A DNA stretch of 63,206 bases, filler included, from Octopus bimaculoides (Eukaryota): the NCBI RefSeq assembly GCF_001194135.2. It is 6 parts of 6 records of this genome, joined end to end, with 100 filler letters (N's around TTAATTAATTAA, not from the genome) between each part and the next. Parts side by side here need not be neighbours in the genome. Positions count along the whole stretch, not along the records: positions 24,031 to 42,537 come from NC_068989.1; positions 42,638 to 52,750 come from NC_068997.1; 4 more parts are not named here. The stretch is one strand, 5' to 3'. Of the stretch, positions 37,526 through 49,916 are shown piece after piece. Below the pieces are notes generated by a model that did not search any database, had not been told where the DNA came from, and saw only the letters and a list, made by a program, of their open reading frames with translations. A program made the position numbers and the translations under genes. Numbering within the stretch: position 1 is the first letter of the stretch; each line of letters starts with the position of its first letter.

Positions 37526-38286
37526 GTACTATTTTAGGTATTGAGTACTTTAAACAAATTATTACATACACTCTATATTAAGTATTGAGCACTCTTTAAA
37601 CACATCATGGCGGAACTCGTTTTCTTTTTTGCTTTTATTTTTATTTTTATAGTTTTGCCTTCCGTTTTTACTATTTGCTTTTCTTCTTCGTTTTTTGTTT
37701 TGTTTCTTTTAATTTCGTATATTTTTCTTGTTAATTGGAGTATGCTTCTCGGGTCGCCATTTCTTTCAGCATTCAAGTGTCGCCTTGAAAACTAAATGAA
37801 CGTAGCAGACCAAGCTGGAGTAGAAACTACAATGCAACCTGTTCTGTTTTATTGGGTTGCTCTCTACGCTATAACGTCAAGATCGATGCGGTTGTATTGC
37901 TGCTGCTGCTGCTGCTGCTGTTATTTTTGTTTTTGTTGTTGTTGTTATTTTTGTTTCTGTTGTTGTCGTTGTTGTTGTTGTTGTTGTCTCTTTCACACGT
38001 TTTATGTCATTAAATGTTGGATTAGTGACTTTGTGGAATCTGTTCTAACCTGCTTATAACGAATTTCCAGATGGCTGCCTTGAAACATTGGCATGCACGA
38101 TACCTATGGGTCCTTCACACACACATACACACACACACACACACACATAGATAGACAGATAGATAGAAACACAGTGAGACAGAGAGCTGTGTGTGTTAGT
38201 ATATAGATATATGTATATGAACGAATAAATATATATACGTGCATCTATATCTGATTGTGTGTGTGTATACATACACACACACACAC

Positions 38287-38317
<31 letters not shown>

Positions 38318-38649
38318 TGTTTGCACATATATGTATAAATGATGGTATACACATACATACTCACGCAACCTCTCACACACACTCACCTACGTACATACAA
38401 GCACACACCTACGTACGAACACACACACACACGAGCATACATATACTTATATATACATGTGTGTGTATATATATATACGTGTATATATATATATGTATAT
38501 ATGTATATATGCATATATATATACGTATATATGTATATATATATATGTATATCAATATATATGAATATGTGTATATATATATATGTATATGGGAGAATTT
38601 ACGTAAAAAAACAATAGACGAAGACAGGTTGTGTAAACGACAAATGGAT

Positions 38650-38707
<58 letters not shown>

Positions 38708-38991
38708 GTATGTNNNNNNNNNNNNNNNNNNNNNNNNNNNNNNNNNNNNNNNNNNNNNNNNNNNNNNNNNNNNNNNNNNNNNNNNNNNNNNNNNNNNNNN
38801 NNNNNNNNNNNNNNNNNNNNNNNNNNNNNNNNNNNNNNNNNNNNNNNNNNNNNNNNNNNNNNNNNNNNNNNNNNNNNNNNNNNNNNNNNNNNNNNNNNNN
38901 NNNNNNNNNNNNNNNNNNNNNNNNNNNNNNNNNNNNNNNNNNNNNNNNNNNNNNNNNNATATATATATACATACATACATACATACATACA

Positions 38992-39022
<31 letters not shown>

Positions 39023-40645
39023 GTGTGTGCGAGCGTACGCGGGAGCAAGCGCCCATTCACGCACACTGATACCCACACATACACACATACACACACACAT
39101 ATACACTGTCATACTTCCACACACAAACAGCGGATGAGAGGCAAAATTGCAATCAATGTACCACGCTGCATTTAAGAAATATATCCATCTTAAAAACAGT
39201 CAATATATTGAACGTCATTGTTTCTTAATAATTAAGTAACGGTGACGATCGTCACTATACGTATATAACATGCCAAGGACCAACATGGAGGCAATCTGGG
39301 TCAACTTGACATCCGCCTCTTATCCAAGCACCCAAAGGACCCAACACTCAGACAAATACAAGTGTACGTCCTCATAAATGAAACTTCCCCAGTACTAAAT
39401 AGGGAATATACATAGTAGATATCATATCCCCATACTCACAGTTTACATGCAGACGAACAGGTACATAAGTTATATAAACAGACAAGCACTCATACGCACA
39501 CATACACAAATGAAGACTGAAACACATGGCCATGTATACACACACACTTTACTTCACACAAGGACTCATATGGAGACACAAGGACTCAAATGGAGACACA
39601 AGGACTCATATGGAGACACAAGAAAATATGACATACATGTGTATGTATATACATATATGTATNNNNNNNNNNNNNNNNNNNNNNNNNNNNNNNNNNNNNN
39701 NNNNNNNNNNNNNNNNNNNNNNNNNNNNNNNNNNNNNNNNNNNNNNNNNNNNNNNNNNNNNNNNNNNNNNNNNNNNNNNNNNNNNNNNNNNNNNNNNNNN
39801 NNNNNNNNNNNNNNNNNNNNNNNNNNNNNNNNNNNNNNNNNNNNNNNNNNNNNNNNNNNNNNNNNNNNNNNNNNNNNNNNNNNNNNNNNNNNNNNNNNNN
39901 NNNNNNNNNNNNNNNNNNNNNNNNNNNNNNNNNNNNNNNNNNNNNNNNNNNNNNNNNNNNNNNNNNNNNNNNNNNNNNNNNNNNNNNNNNNNNNNNNNNN
40001 NNNNNNNNNNNNNNNNNNNNNNNNNNNNNNNNNNNNNNNNNNNNNNNNNNNNNNNNNNNNNNNNNNNNNNNNNNNNNNNNNNNNNNNNNNNNNNNNNNNN
40101 NNNNNNNNNNNNNNNNNNNNNNNNNNNNNNNNNNNNNNNNNNNNNNNNNNNNNNNNNNNNNNNNNNNNNNNNNNNNNNNNNNNNNNNNNNNNNNNNNNNN
40201 NNNNNNNNNNNNNNNNNNNNNNNNNNNNNNNNNNNNNNNNNNNNNNNNNNNNNNNNNNNNNNNNNNNNNNNNNNNNNNNNNNNNNNNNNNNNNNNNNNNN
40301 NNNNNNNNNNNNNNNNNNNNNNNNNNNNNNNNNNNNNNNNNNNNNNNNNNNNNNNNNNNNNNNNNNNNNNNNNNNNNNNNNNNNNNNNNNNNNNNNNNNN
40401 NNNNNNNNNNNNNNNNNNNNNNNNNNNNNNNNNNNNNNNNNNNNNNNNNNNNNNNNNNNNNNNNNNNNNNNNNNNNNNNNNNNNNNNNNNNNNNNNNNNN
40501 NNNNNNNNNNNNNNNNNNNNNNNNNNNNNNNNNNNNNNNNNNNNNNNNNNNNNNNNNNNNNNNNNNNNNNNNNNNNNNNNNNNNNNNNNNNNNNNNNNNN
40601 NNNNNNNNNNNNNNNNNNNNNNNNNNNNNNNNNNNNNNNNNNNNN

Positions 40646-40677
<32 letters not shown>

Positions 40678-41099
40678 CGTATGAAGTGTGTAAAGTTTCT
40701 ATCACCATCGCTATCTCCATCATCACCACCATCACCACCGCCGCCATCATTGTCAATGATATCTTTATTTCCACAGGTGTGACCAGGTGCTAAACATCAA
40801 CAACAAACAACAACAACAACAACAAGGTCAACAAGTAGAGTGACTACGTTGAGTTACGAAATTACGAAAACAAATTAACAAAAATCGATTTCCAATTGAA
40901 ACACCATCACCATCGCCGCCGCCGCCGCCGCCACAACGGCGGACGGAATTATGGGAAGTCAGGTAGGGCTGGCCCTTGTAACGGCGAGACTGAGATGTCA
41001 CAAATTATGAACAAGCTGAAGAAGTAGTACGCACAGCGGATGCTTTAACACCCGTAACAACAGCAAGCAGAACAACAACAACAACAACAACCTACAGCA

Positions 41100-41172
41100 A
41101 TGCATCAACTGACTTATATATGGTTGTTTTTATTACTGGTGACAGCCACGTTTGGAAGTTCGATATCACTAA
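41100..41172 (+). CDS. Candidate first coding exon part of a secreted or membrane protein (signal peptide), exon 40777-41172
   Basis: Acceptor CTTTATTTCCACAG| at 40776; ATG at 41100 gives MHQLTYIWLFLLLVTATFGSSISL plus a phase-1 donor A|GTAAGG at 41172/41173. No homolog recognised and no downstream exon identified. Confidence 0.5.
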
Positions 41173-41278
41173 GTAAGGGAATTTTTTTTATGTATGTATG
41201 TATGTATATTTGTTTGTACGTAACGTGTGTACGTATGTATATGTGCTTGTTTTTATTTGTGTGTATGTATTAATCAGT

Positions 41279-41557
41279 GGAGACGCAATGGCCCAGTGGT
41301 TAGGGCAGCGGACTCGCGGTCATAGGATCGCGGTTTCGATTCCCAGACCGGGCGTTGTGAGTGTTTATTGAGCGAAAACACCTAAAGCTCCACGAGGTTC
41401 CGGCAGGGGATGGTGGCGAACCCTGCTGTACTCTTTCACCACAACTTTCTCTCACTCTTACTTCCTTTTTCTGTTGTGCCTGTAATTCAAAGGGTCAGCT
41501 TTGTCACACTGTGTCACGCTGAATATCCCCGAGAACTACGTTAAGGGTACACGTGTC
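41279..41557 (+). mobile_element. SINE family C, young-looking, 3'-truncated at a hammerhead motif
   Basis: A box TGGCCCAGTGG, B box GGTTTCGATTCCC, CpG-rich. The body ends at GGGTACACGTGTCT where other copies continue GTGGAGTGCTCAGCC. Confidence 0.9.
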
Positions 41558-41600
41558 TCCGGACTGAAGACGAGCAATGACTCAGAAACTAGTCTCTGGA
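41558..41600 (+). ncRNA. Minimal type I hammerhead ribozyme motif with intact core
   Basis: TCCGGA-CTGAAGA-c-GAG(caatga)CTC-a-GAAA-CTAG-T-C|TCTGGA; 6-bp stem I (one G-U), palindromic stem III ACTAGT, GUC triplet, predicted cleavage after 41594. Confidence 0.75.
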
Positions 41601-41869
41601 TGCAGGCTTAGCTGTGTGGAGGTACCTAATAATTTAAGTCTATGAACTATATTCGATATACAAGACAATGCAATGGATTTTATATACAATTATCATGGAT
41701 TACTACAGAAGAATGACCAAAGAGGCATATATGAATTTCAAGATTCTCATACTAAAGTCTATCTACCAAAAATCAAAAACAGATGATATAATGGATTCTA
41801 CACATAACTATTATGGATTATTACTGAAGACCAACCAAAGAAGAAAATATAGATTTAAAGTCTTATACG

Positions 41870-41995
41870 CTCGGGAATACAGAAGGTCTTTAACGTTTCG
41901 AGCTACGCTCTTCAACAGAAAGAATACGGAGAAAACAAGGAGAAAAACACGGAGAAAAAAAATTGAATGGTGTTTGGTCAACGATCTATCATGGC
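41870..41995 (-). mobile_element. Penelope-like terminal repeat with near-canonical hammerhead motif (41887-41923)
   Basis: Minus strand TCTTT-CTGTTGA-a-GAGC(gta)GCTC-GAAA-CG-T-T|AAAGA; palindrome ACGT; A6 replaced by U. Confidence 0.6.
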
Positions 41996-42119
41996 TTCTG
42001 CGGACAGGAAATTCAGAAAGTTCACGCAGGAGAGCTAAGAAAAAGGGGAGATAACAAAAGGGGGAAGAAAGAACGGTGTATGCATGTATGTATGTATGTA
42101 TGTATGTATGTATGTATGT

Positions 42120-42235
42120 ATGTATAGATCGCTAGCCACTAAACCTTTTCTATTTTCTTTCCCTGTTTATTTCTGTGTTCCTTTCTGTTGAAGAGCGTAG
42201 GCTCAAAGCGTAAAAGACTTTCTCACTTCCTAATA
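42120..42235 (+). mobile_element. Penelope-like terminal repeat with degenerate hammerhead motif (42181-42216)
   Basis: CTTT-CTGTTGA-a-GAGC(gtag)GCTC-AAAG-CGTA-AAAG; GAAA mutated; inverted relative to 41870-41995. Confidence 0.55.
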
Positions 42236-42443
42236 CATCTGTTTGTTGTTTACACACCCGTCTTCGTCTTTTGTTTTTTTTCTTTTTTTGTTTGTAAAAT
42301 TCCACTATATATATATGTGTACAGACATACATAGATAGAACAGTGCATTGCATAATCATATAATCAAATCTTACGTACGAGTGTATGTATTTATATGTCT
42401 ATATGTATATACATATATGTGTGTGTATGTATATATACGTGTG

Positions 42444-42496
<53 letters not shown>

Positions 42497-42637
42497 GTAT
42501 ATATATCTATGTATAAATATGCATATGTATATATATANNNNNNNNNNNNNNNNNNNNNNNNNNNNNNNNNNNNNNNNNNNNTTAATTAATTAANNNNNNN
42601 NNNNNNNNNNNNNNNNNNNNNNNNNNNNNNNNNNNNN

Positions 42638-42693
<56 letters not shown>

Positions 42694-42826
42694 ATCAAAA
42701 GTTGACAGTCTCTCAACAATTGATATAAAAATATTTATCCACTCTACCCAGTATATTCTGTTCGATATCAGATAATGTTTGCACTGTTTGCGTACTAATA
42801 GTTGAATACGCTTTGCAACTCTTACA

Positions 42827-42871
<45 letters not shown>

Positions 42872-42873
42872 CA

Positions 42874-42906
<33 letters not shown>

Positions 42907-44941
42907 GTATATTTATGTATATGTATATATAAGTAGCTTACATATTTGTAGAAGCATTCACATCTGCATTTGTAACTCAGTGTTTTTCATTTCTGTTGCA
43001 TTTTTTCTTCTTCTTCTTCAATTCCATAGCAACTCTTAGTTATGTCCCATTAAATTCGCTTTCCTGCTTTTCCTTTTACACTTAAAAACAGTATATCACT
43101 TCTGTAGACTAAAAGCCATCTTCATATCTTTTTTCTCATATACTGAACTGTTACATCCTCACCTTAGTAAGTATATATTCTTAAGTATATGACCACAACA
43201 CCATGGATTCCTCTCTGTATATGCATTTATTTATTCTCAGTAATCTAAGGTATTATGCTAATTTATTTATTATATACAGGAATAAATCTTCTTCACGTTA
43301 TTCAAATCAGACGATTAATATTGTTATTCTATCACCAACCACGTCCTTTAAAATTACTCACAATATATCCATTCCTTCTTTCATTCCAACAACCCTAGAC
43401 GTTCGTGTTTCTTACAGAATTCTAAAAAATGTATCCAGAATTACAATATAATTTACTTCCTTCCCAAAATTTATTTATTCATATTCTCTCAAAATATTGA
43501 AATTATTCATTACAACATACACACACACACACACACATATGTATATATACTGGTTACCAACTCAAATATACTTGAAGCATGTTAGAACCCGTAAGAAAGC
43601 CATTCACTGTATTTTGTCTAGGAAAAATTTTTTTGTTGTAGGCCAATAGGTGTAAATACACTATTGTCTACGGAATGTGGGATGCACGCATTTCGGAGTG
43701 GTTATTCTCTGTTCAGCAGCAGAGACCGGAAAAACAGATGAAGCGAACTGACATGAAAGACAGATCCCTCATGGTATTCCCATCATCGCTCATTTCTGCA
43801 GTTCACTATAAATAAAATACGGGGTAAAAGTACTTAGCAGTAATGTGTATAAATACTAAATTGTTAACATATGTATCTTCTCGGATTTTCTCGTTTAGAC
43901 ATAATGCACATCAACTTTCCACATTGCATTTCTGTATCTACATATTGTAGGGTATTTTTGATCTTTTATATACCAGACATACCGAGACGGATAGGTGGAA
44001 TTGTTTCTACATCGGAGCTAAATATACATTACTTAGTGCTCTCATGGAATATTGTGTAATTTCATTCGGTACCATCAGCGATATTTAATTTATTTTCTGT
44101 ATTCAAGCTTAAGAGGGTCAGGATTCCTTCTAAGTGAACAGTTATGGGTGACTCTACTGTTAAGAACAGGTTACTGAGGTTGGAGATGATAAGTGTGTTT
44201 CTTAGACTGACATGTGAGAATTTCTAAACTATGATATCAAGGCAACTATAACTAATCTTGACGTTCTGTTTAAAGAGATTGTGATATTTATATATGATCG
44301 AAAAATGTTTATTGAACAAGGACAGGAAATTCCTAACTATGTTGGTGATAAGGCAGGATTGAACCAAATTTGCGCTTTGTTTTCTTTCTTACACAGTCAA
44401 TATTTGTGTTCTTATGTGCATATATGTGTATGTGTGTGAATGTGTGTGTGCGCGCGCCATCGTTGTTAGATTAACATTTATTGCTATAGAAGTATATTAT
44501 GGTATTTACATTCTTACATTGTTGTCAGTAGTGCATAGGGCATAGCGATTAGCTTCGCGTTTGAGGAGAGAATAATGCCCTGTACATCATAGTTAAAAGA
44601 TCCCTTAACTCGGAGCTGAGCTTCAGCCAAGGAAACTTGTCGATTTAAAGGGTTTCTTCTGAAATGCACCACTCTCTTCTGTTTACGCACATTGTTGCTT
44701 AAATAACCAAAACAGCGCGGGATACACTGGAACAAAATAGAACATTCTCTAATATGGGGTGATATTCCAGCAAGTTGATTGGTAAATACCCAGAACACGT
44801 CTCCTGACCCAAGTGTGGTCTGATCTTGCTTACTTAAACTCTAAGGTTTCGATTCTTGGCATCGCTACATATGCATACATACATGAATGCATGCGTGCAT
44901 ATATGCATACATAAATACACACACACACACAAACACACACA

Positions 44942-45061
<120 letters not shown>

Positions 45062-45300
45062 TATCCAGTTACATATTGAAATGCACTAGAGAGCAACAGT
45101 AGGCCGATTTTCTGAGAAACTGGAATTTTTTTTTAAATATTGCGGGGTTGCAGCTCCAAAACTGTCTAAATACAATATTGTATAAATATATAATGCACAT
45201 AATTTTTCATACCTATATTATGACAATATTGTTGCAATATTCGGCACTTTGTGTCAAAACGATTTCTATATATCAAAACATCCAGCGTTGTATATATCAT

Positions 45301-45382
<82 letters not shown>

Positions 45383-45838
45383 GTTTGATACCTATGTATG
45401 TGAATGTATCTGTGTGTGTGTGTGTAAATGATGACCAGTGATCCAATATAATGCCAGATATTTCACATAAATATATCATTTATTCATTGCAATTACACAG
45501 AACACATAGCAAACTCCATTAATTTTCCTATTTTCCTATTTCCAGTGATTTTATTTTCGGAACCAAACAGTATAAAATATTATTACGGGAAGCCTTGTGC
45601 AAACACATTTATGAATATTATGGTTCATTATACATTACATCACCGTAACTTCTTGACAATCCCAAGCAGACAGCTACAGCAAATTAATACGTAGCACAGG
45701 CTACAAGTAATAACAACATAATGATATATAACAGAACATACATACATACATACATACATACATACATACGGCTGGATGGATGGATAGGTGGATGGATAGA
45801 TGGATAGATGGATGGAAAGATGTATATACGTAAGCATA

Positions 45839-45871
<33 letters not shown>

Positions 45872-46479
45872 ACGCAAACACACTGTGGTCACGTTGCTAA
45901 TCAGTAACTATCATTAGTTTTCAGAGATGTATTGAAATTAACCTAAACGTAATGTTCATCAACTATATAATCTACACATATAAATTTATGGAACTATACA
46001 TCAAAGAAGGTGTCTAACTTGTCTAATCAGCATAATGTGTACATATGTATGTGTGTGTGCGTTTGTGTGTGTGTTTGTGTGTGTGCCTGTGCGTATGTGT
46101 GTGTGTAGGTATTGCTACTTTTGTACGTCTGAGAATGTGTGTGTGCCTATATGCAGGCGAGTATGTGCAAATATGTATGTGTGTGTGTGTGTGTGTGAAT
46201 CATGATTTGTCTATATATACACTTCACACACACACTACATGCATGTATACACAAACACACGCACACTCACACGATATCAGATGTTTATTCACACTGGTAA
46301 GTGTGTATGCATGCTTCAGCACAAAACATTGTGCAAACAAGAAGGAAAGATAACATTGAATACTAAATGTAGAGTCGTCTTATATCTGCAAATTCTTATT
46401 GGCGGTTTCCCGTTTTCAATTTTCTGAAGATCACAAACATGAAACTTGGAGTAACTTTTACCGAAGTTTTCAGCTTCTA

Positions 46480-46596
<117 letters not shown>

Positions 46597-47094
46597 TACA
46601 TACATACATACATACATACATACATACATACATGCATACATAAAACTAATCACTCTTTATTTCTTTTTTCCAGATAACTTCATTTTTCTGAGAGACAGAA
46701 AAAGACGATACTGCTACTTACATCAACGTACCTTGACAACCAGAACTTTAGGAAAGGATTTCCCCCCATGACTGGCATACTTTTGACAATTATGCCTTTT
46801 TACCAATATTCTTTATAGTTACAGTTTTGATCTTTGTGTTCTGTACTTTTGAAGCTCTTGAGATAAATTTAAGATAAGGATCTTCTCAGATAGGCAACAG
46901 AACATCTCTTTTGTCCAGTGCTCCGTGTTCTCTCTTCATAGTTTCCCTACACTTTAATTATTTGAAGCAACAGAGTACTTGTCAACTATTCTAACTGGCT
47001 TCTGACATTTAGGTACTTTGACGCCCCTGATCTTAGCAATTGCACCTTTGACAAAGAGGCGGCTCCTACAATTGCATCTTTGACAAAGAGGCGG

Positions 47095-47430
47095 CTCCTG
47101 GACCGGCTAGAAATAGCAGCAAAATTTCTCTCAAGTTACACCCTACGTCTTATACAAAGTGAAAACAAAAAATGTCATATTGGATTATATAGTTTGAGAA
47201 ACAACTTCTGAGAAGATGAGACGGTCATGGCTGGAATGCCTGTAATCATATATTTGTTCACTGATGGCTCACCTGGAGTTAATTATATTTGAAAGCGAGC
47301 CAAAGAAGGACACTTATCGGTCTCCGGAACTGAAAGAAATAAAAGCCAAATTTCCTTCAACTCAGTTACAGGTATCTTAAAAAAGGACATGTTGGTTAAT
47401 GTAATCTGCAGTATACTATGACTGAAAAAT
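47095..47430 (+). mobile_element. Degraded copies of a further SINE/LINE 3' tail family (D)
   Basis: GGACCGGCTAGAAATAGCAGC...GGTCATGGCTGGAATGCC; related fragments at about 2470-2600 (-), 26650-26745 (+), 32990-33060 (-) and 48340-48570 (+). Confidence 0.55.
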
Positions 47431-47739
47431 GGGATGGCCATTACTGATCATAGATATGCTCTATCAACAATTATGTTGATAGCTAAACATTGTTATTATA
47501 TAACAATTACAGCGTGGGATATTCATTTTAGCCATTTAAGAACACACTTCATTTAACTCAGCCGTCTCTCACAGTCGAACAGAATTTGATAGTAGCATGA
47601 ATCATGGCTTTACTCCTGTTTTTTTCGTGGTTGTCTAGTTGCTCCTGACCTTCGCACTCTTGACCCCGGCTGAACCTCAAAGACATAACGACTAGAAGAG
47701 AGAGGGGAGAAGAGAGGAGGAGGGAGAGAAAGAGAGATT

Positions 47740-48060
47740 CACACTAGTAACTGGTACTTCGACCGGTATTTTATTTTATCGACTCTGGAAGAACGAAAGG
47801 CAAAAATTGACTTTGGCACGATACGAACTCAAAACGTAGTGAACCGAAACAAAATCCGACTCTCTCTGACAATTCTGCCAATCTAGCATCCTAGGCTGGT
47901 ACTTTGTTGACACTGGAACGACGGGAAGTAAACTTTTAACTTGGCGAGATTTGAAGTCTGAACGTAAAAAAAAAACAAATATTGCAAGCATACCGAACAA
48001 ATACTGCAAAGCATTTTGTCTGACACTTGCTCAAATCTGCCAATTCACTGCCTCTTAATA
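47740..48060 (-). mobile_element. Two degraded SINE family A copies
   Basis: CTGGTACT...TTTTATCGAC...GAAAGGCAAAA...GAACTCAAAACGT motifs twice. Confidence 0.6.
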
Positions 48061-49201
48061 TTACAGTCCCTGACACAGTAATTCTATTGTTATTATATAC
48101 ACAACAGCAATATATTCGATGTCTTTGACTTGTTCAACTTTGACAGCAACAACTTTGACATATCATGATCAAACTTAACATCAACACGCGTGCCCTTAGC
48201 ATCTAAACTAATATCAGTTCTCCACCATGAGAGCTTCTGTGTGGGCGATTGCTCTACAAAAATTAGCAGCCAAATCTTCCAAAGGGCGATTTGGATAATG
48301 GGATTCTAGATGCTGTGTCTGTAAAACAAAACAGAGGAGAAAGTCATGGCTGAAAAGTTTTTGAAAATAGGTGTGACCTGGGTTAATAGCTGCTAAATGA
48401 GAAGATTCTATTCGGTCACACGACCAGCTAAAACTATCCACCAAATTTCTCGCTGTTTCTTTAAAAAGAATGCATTGAATAATAAAGAAATCGAGGGAAA
48501 ATGTATGATGGTCACGGACGGAATGCCTTTGGTCATAGGTCTGCTTGCTTAGAGATCACTTAGGACTCAATAGACAACAGTAATGCCAGCTTGTACTTTC
48601 ACCACTGTTATTCATATCATTATATCTTGACCTCTGTTAGTTATGACATATATTCACTTCGATCTCTTTCATCCATGACATGTATTTATGTTGACCTCTG
48701 TTATCCATGACTTCTAGAGTCTTTACCTCCTGTTATCTAACACATCTATATACCTTTGCATCTGTTATCTAAATCAGTTGATTAAGTATGTTTTATTAGT
48801 TTCAAACTAATGACATCCATATCTTTGGCCACTTATGTATTTGATATTTACGTCTCTGATATCTATGTTTTTATAACTACGTCTCTATCACACACACACA
48901 GACACACATACATACACACCTACATACGCACATAAATATATTGCCAATATATATATATTCAATACACAATATATGGATTTTACTAATCCGGTGGTATTCA
49001 TAAACAAAAACTCCTTGATGCATCACGCTATTAAATCACATAGAATGTAGAGTTCGATACAATAGAAAAACATTAGAAGTGAGTGTATATATTATAAATA
49101 AAGAGAGGAATCTACGAAACAATTGTAGTTGGTTACGGATATCCAATGGTAAAATAAATTTTATCCATCGTATATCTCTTCTTTTTATTTATGATACATA
49201 C

Positions 49202-49256
<55 letters not shown>

Positions 49257-49883
49257 ATTCACGTTATTGACATCAACTTCATTGAACATTTATATTTTGA
49301 CACCTGCATTCTTGCCACCAATGCTCTTCATGTGTATTTCAACATCTACGTCCGTGACATTGAGATTAATGACATAATTAAGATGTCAAATACAAATCGT
49401 ATCAAACGCATCGGTGTCACCAATTTGCATATTTTTGACATGTATGTATGTCTTTTGACATCGATGTCTTTCATAAGCATGTCTTTCATGTCAATATCTC
49501 TACCATCTATTCCCTTTTTTAGTTTATCTCAATAGATTTCCGATAGACTTCAAAACCTGCAATACAAGCTACGGCGTTACGAAGCTACAAGCTTCGTAAA
49601 CAAGGTGATTAAAGATAGAAAAATATAGGTAATGGTTGTATATGCATAATCCAAGAAGTTCCCATCTATGTCTTTGACATGTTTTTTGTGGCAATGTTTT
49701 CAGCATATACGTCTTTGATAACCAATGTCTGATGAGTGTGCCAAAGACATGTATATCTTTGACATGTATATCTTAGGCATTATTACTATGATATATGTAT
49801 GTCACATCTTTGACATATATGCTTTTTGACATGTATATGCCTTATCTTTCACATATATGTGTTTCACATCATACATACATACA

Positions 49884-49916
<33 letters not shown>

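Noticed and set aside
41279-41355. tRNA gene
   Set aside because: A and B boxes are present, but I cannot fold a cloverleaf and the sequence continues into a repeat body seen elsewhere; it is a SINE head.
44514-44798. 94-aa minus ORF with acceptor and donor-like sites
   Set aside because: No recognisable domain and ambiguous boundaries; could be an exon of the minus-strand candidate but unsupported.
46424-46450. CTGAAGA...GAAA hammerhead-like core (also 41777 and 49728)
   Set aside because: No stem II or III and no stem I pairing.
47037-47099. 32-bp tandem duplication; also 20-bp x3 repeat at 39557-39622 and 14-bp palindrome at 39242-39255
   Set aside because: Ordinary local slippage or chance-level features with no supporting context.
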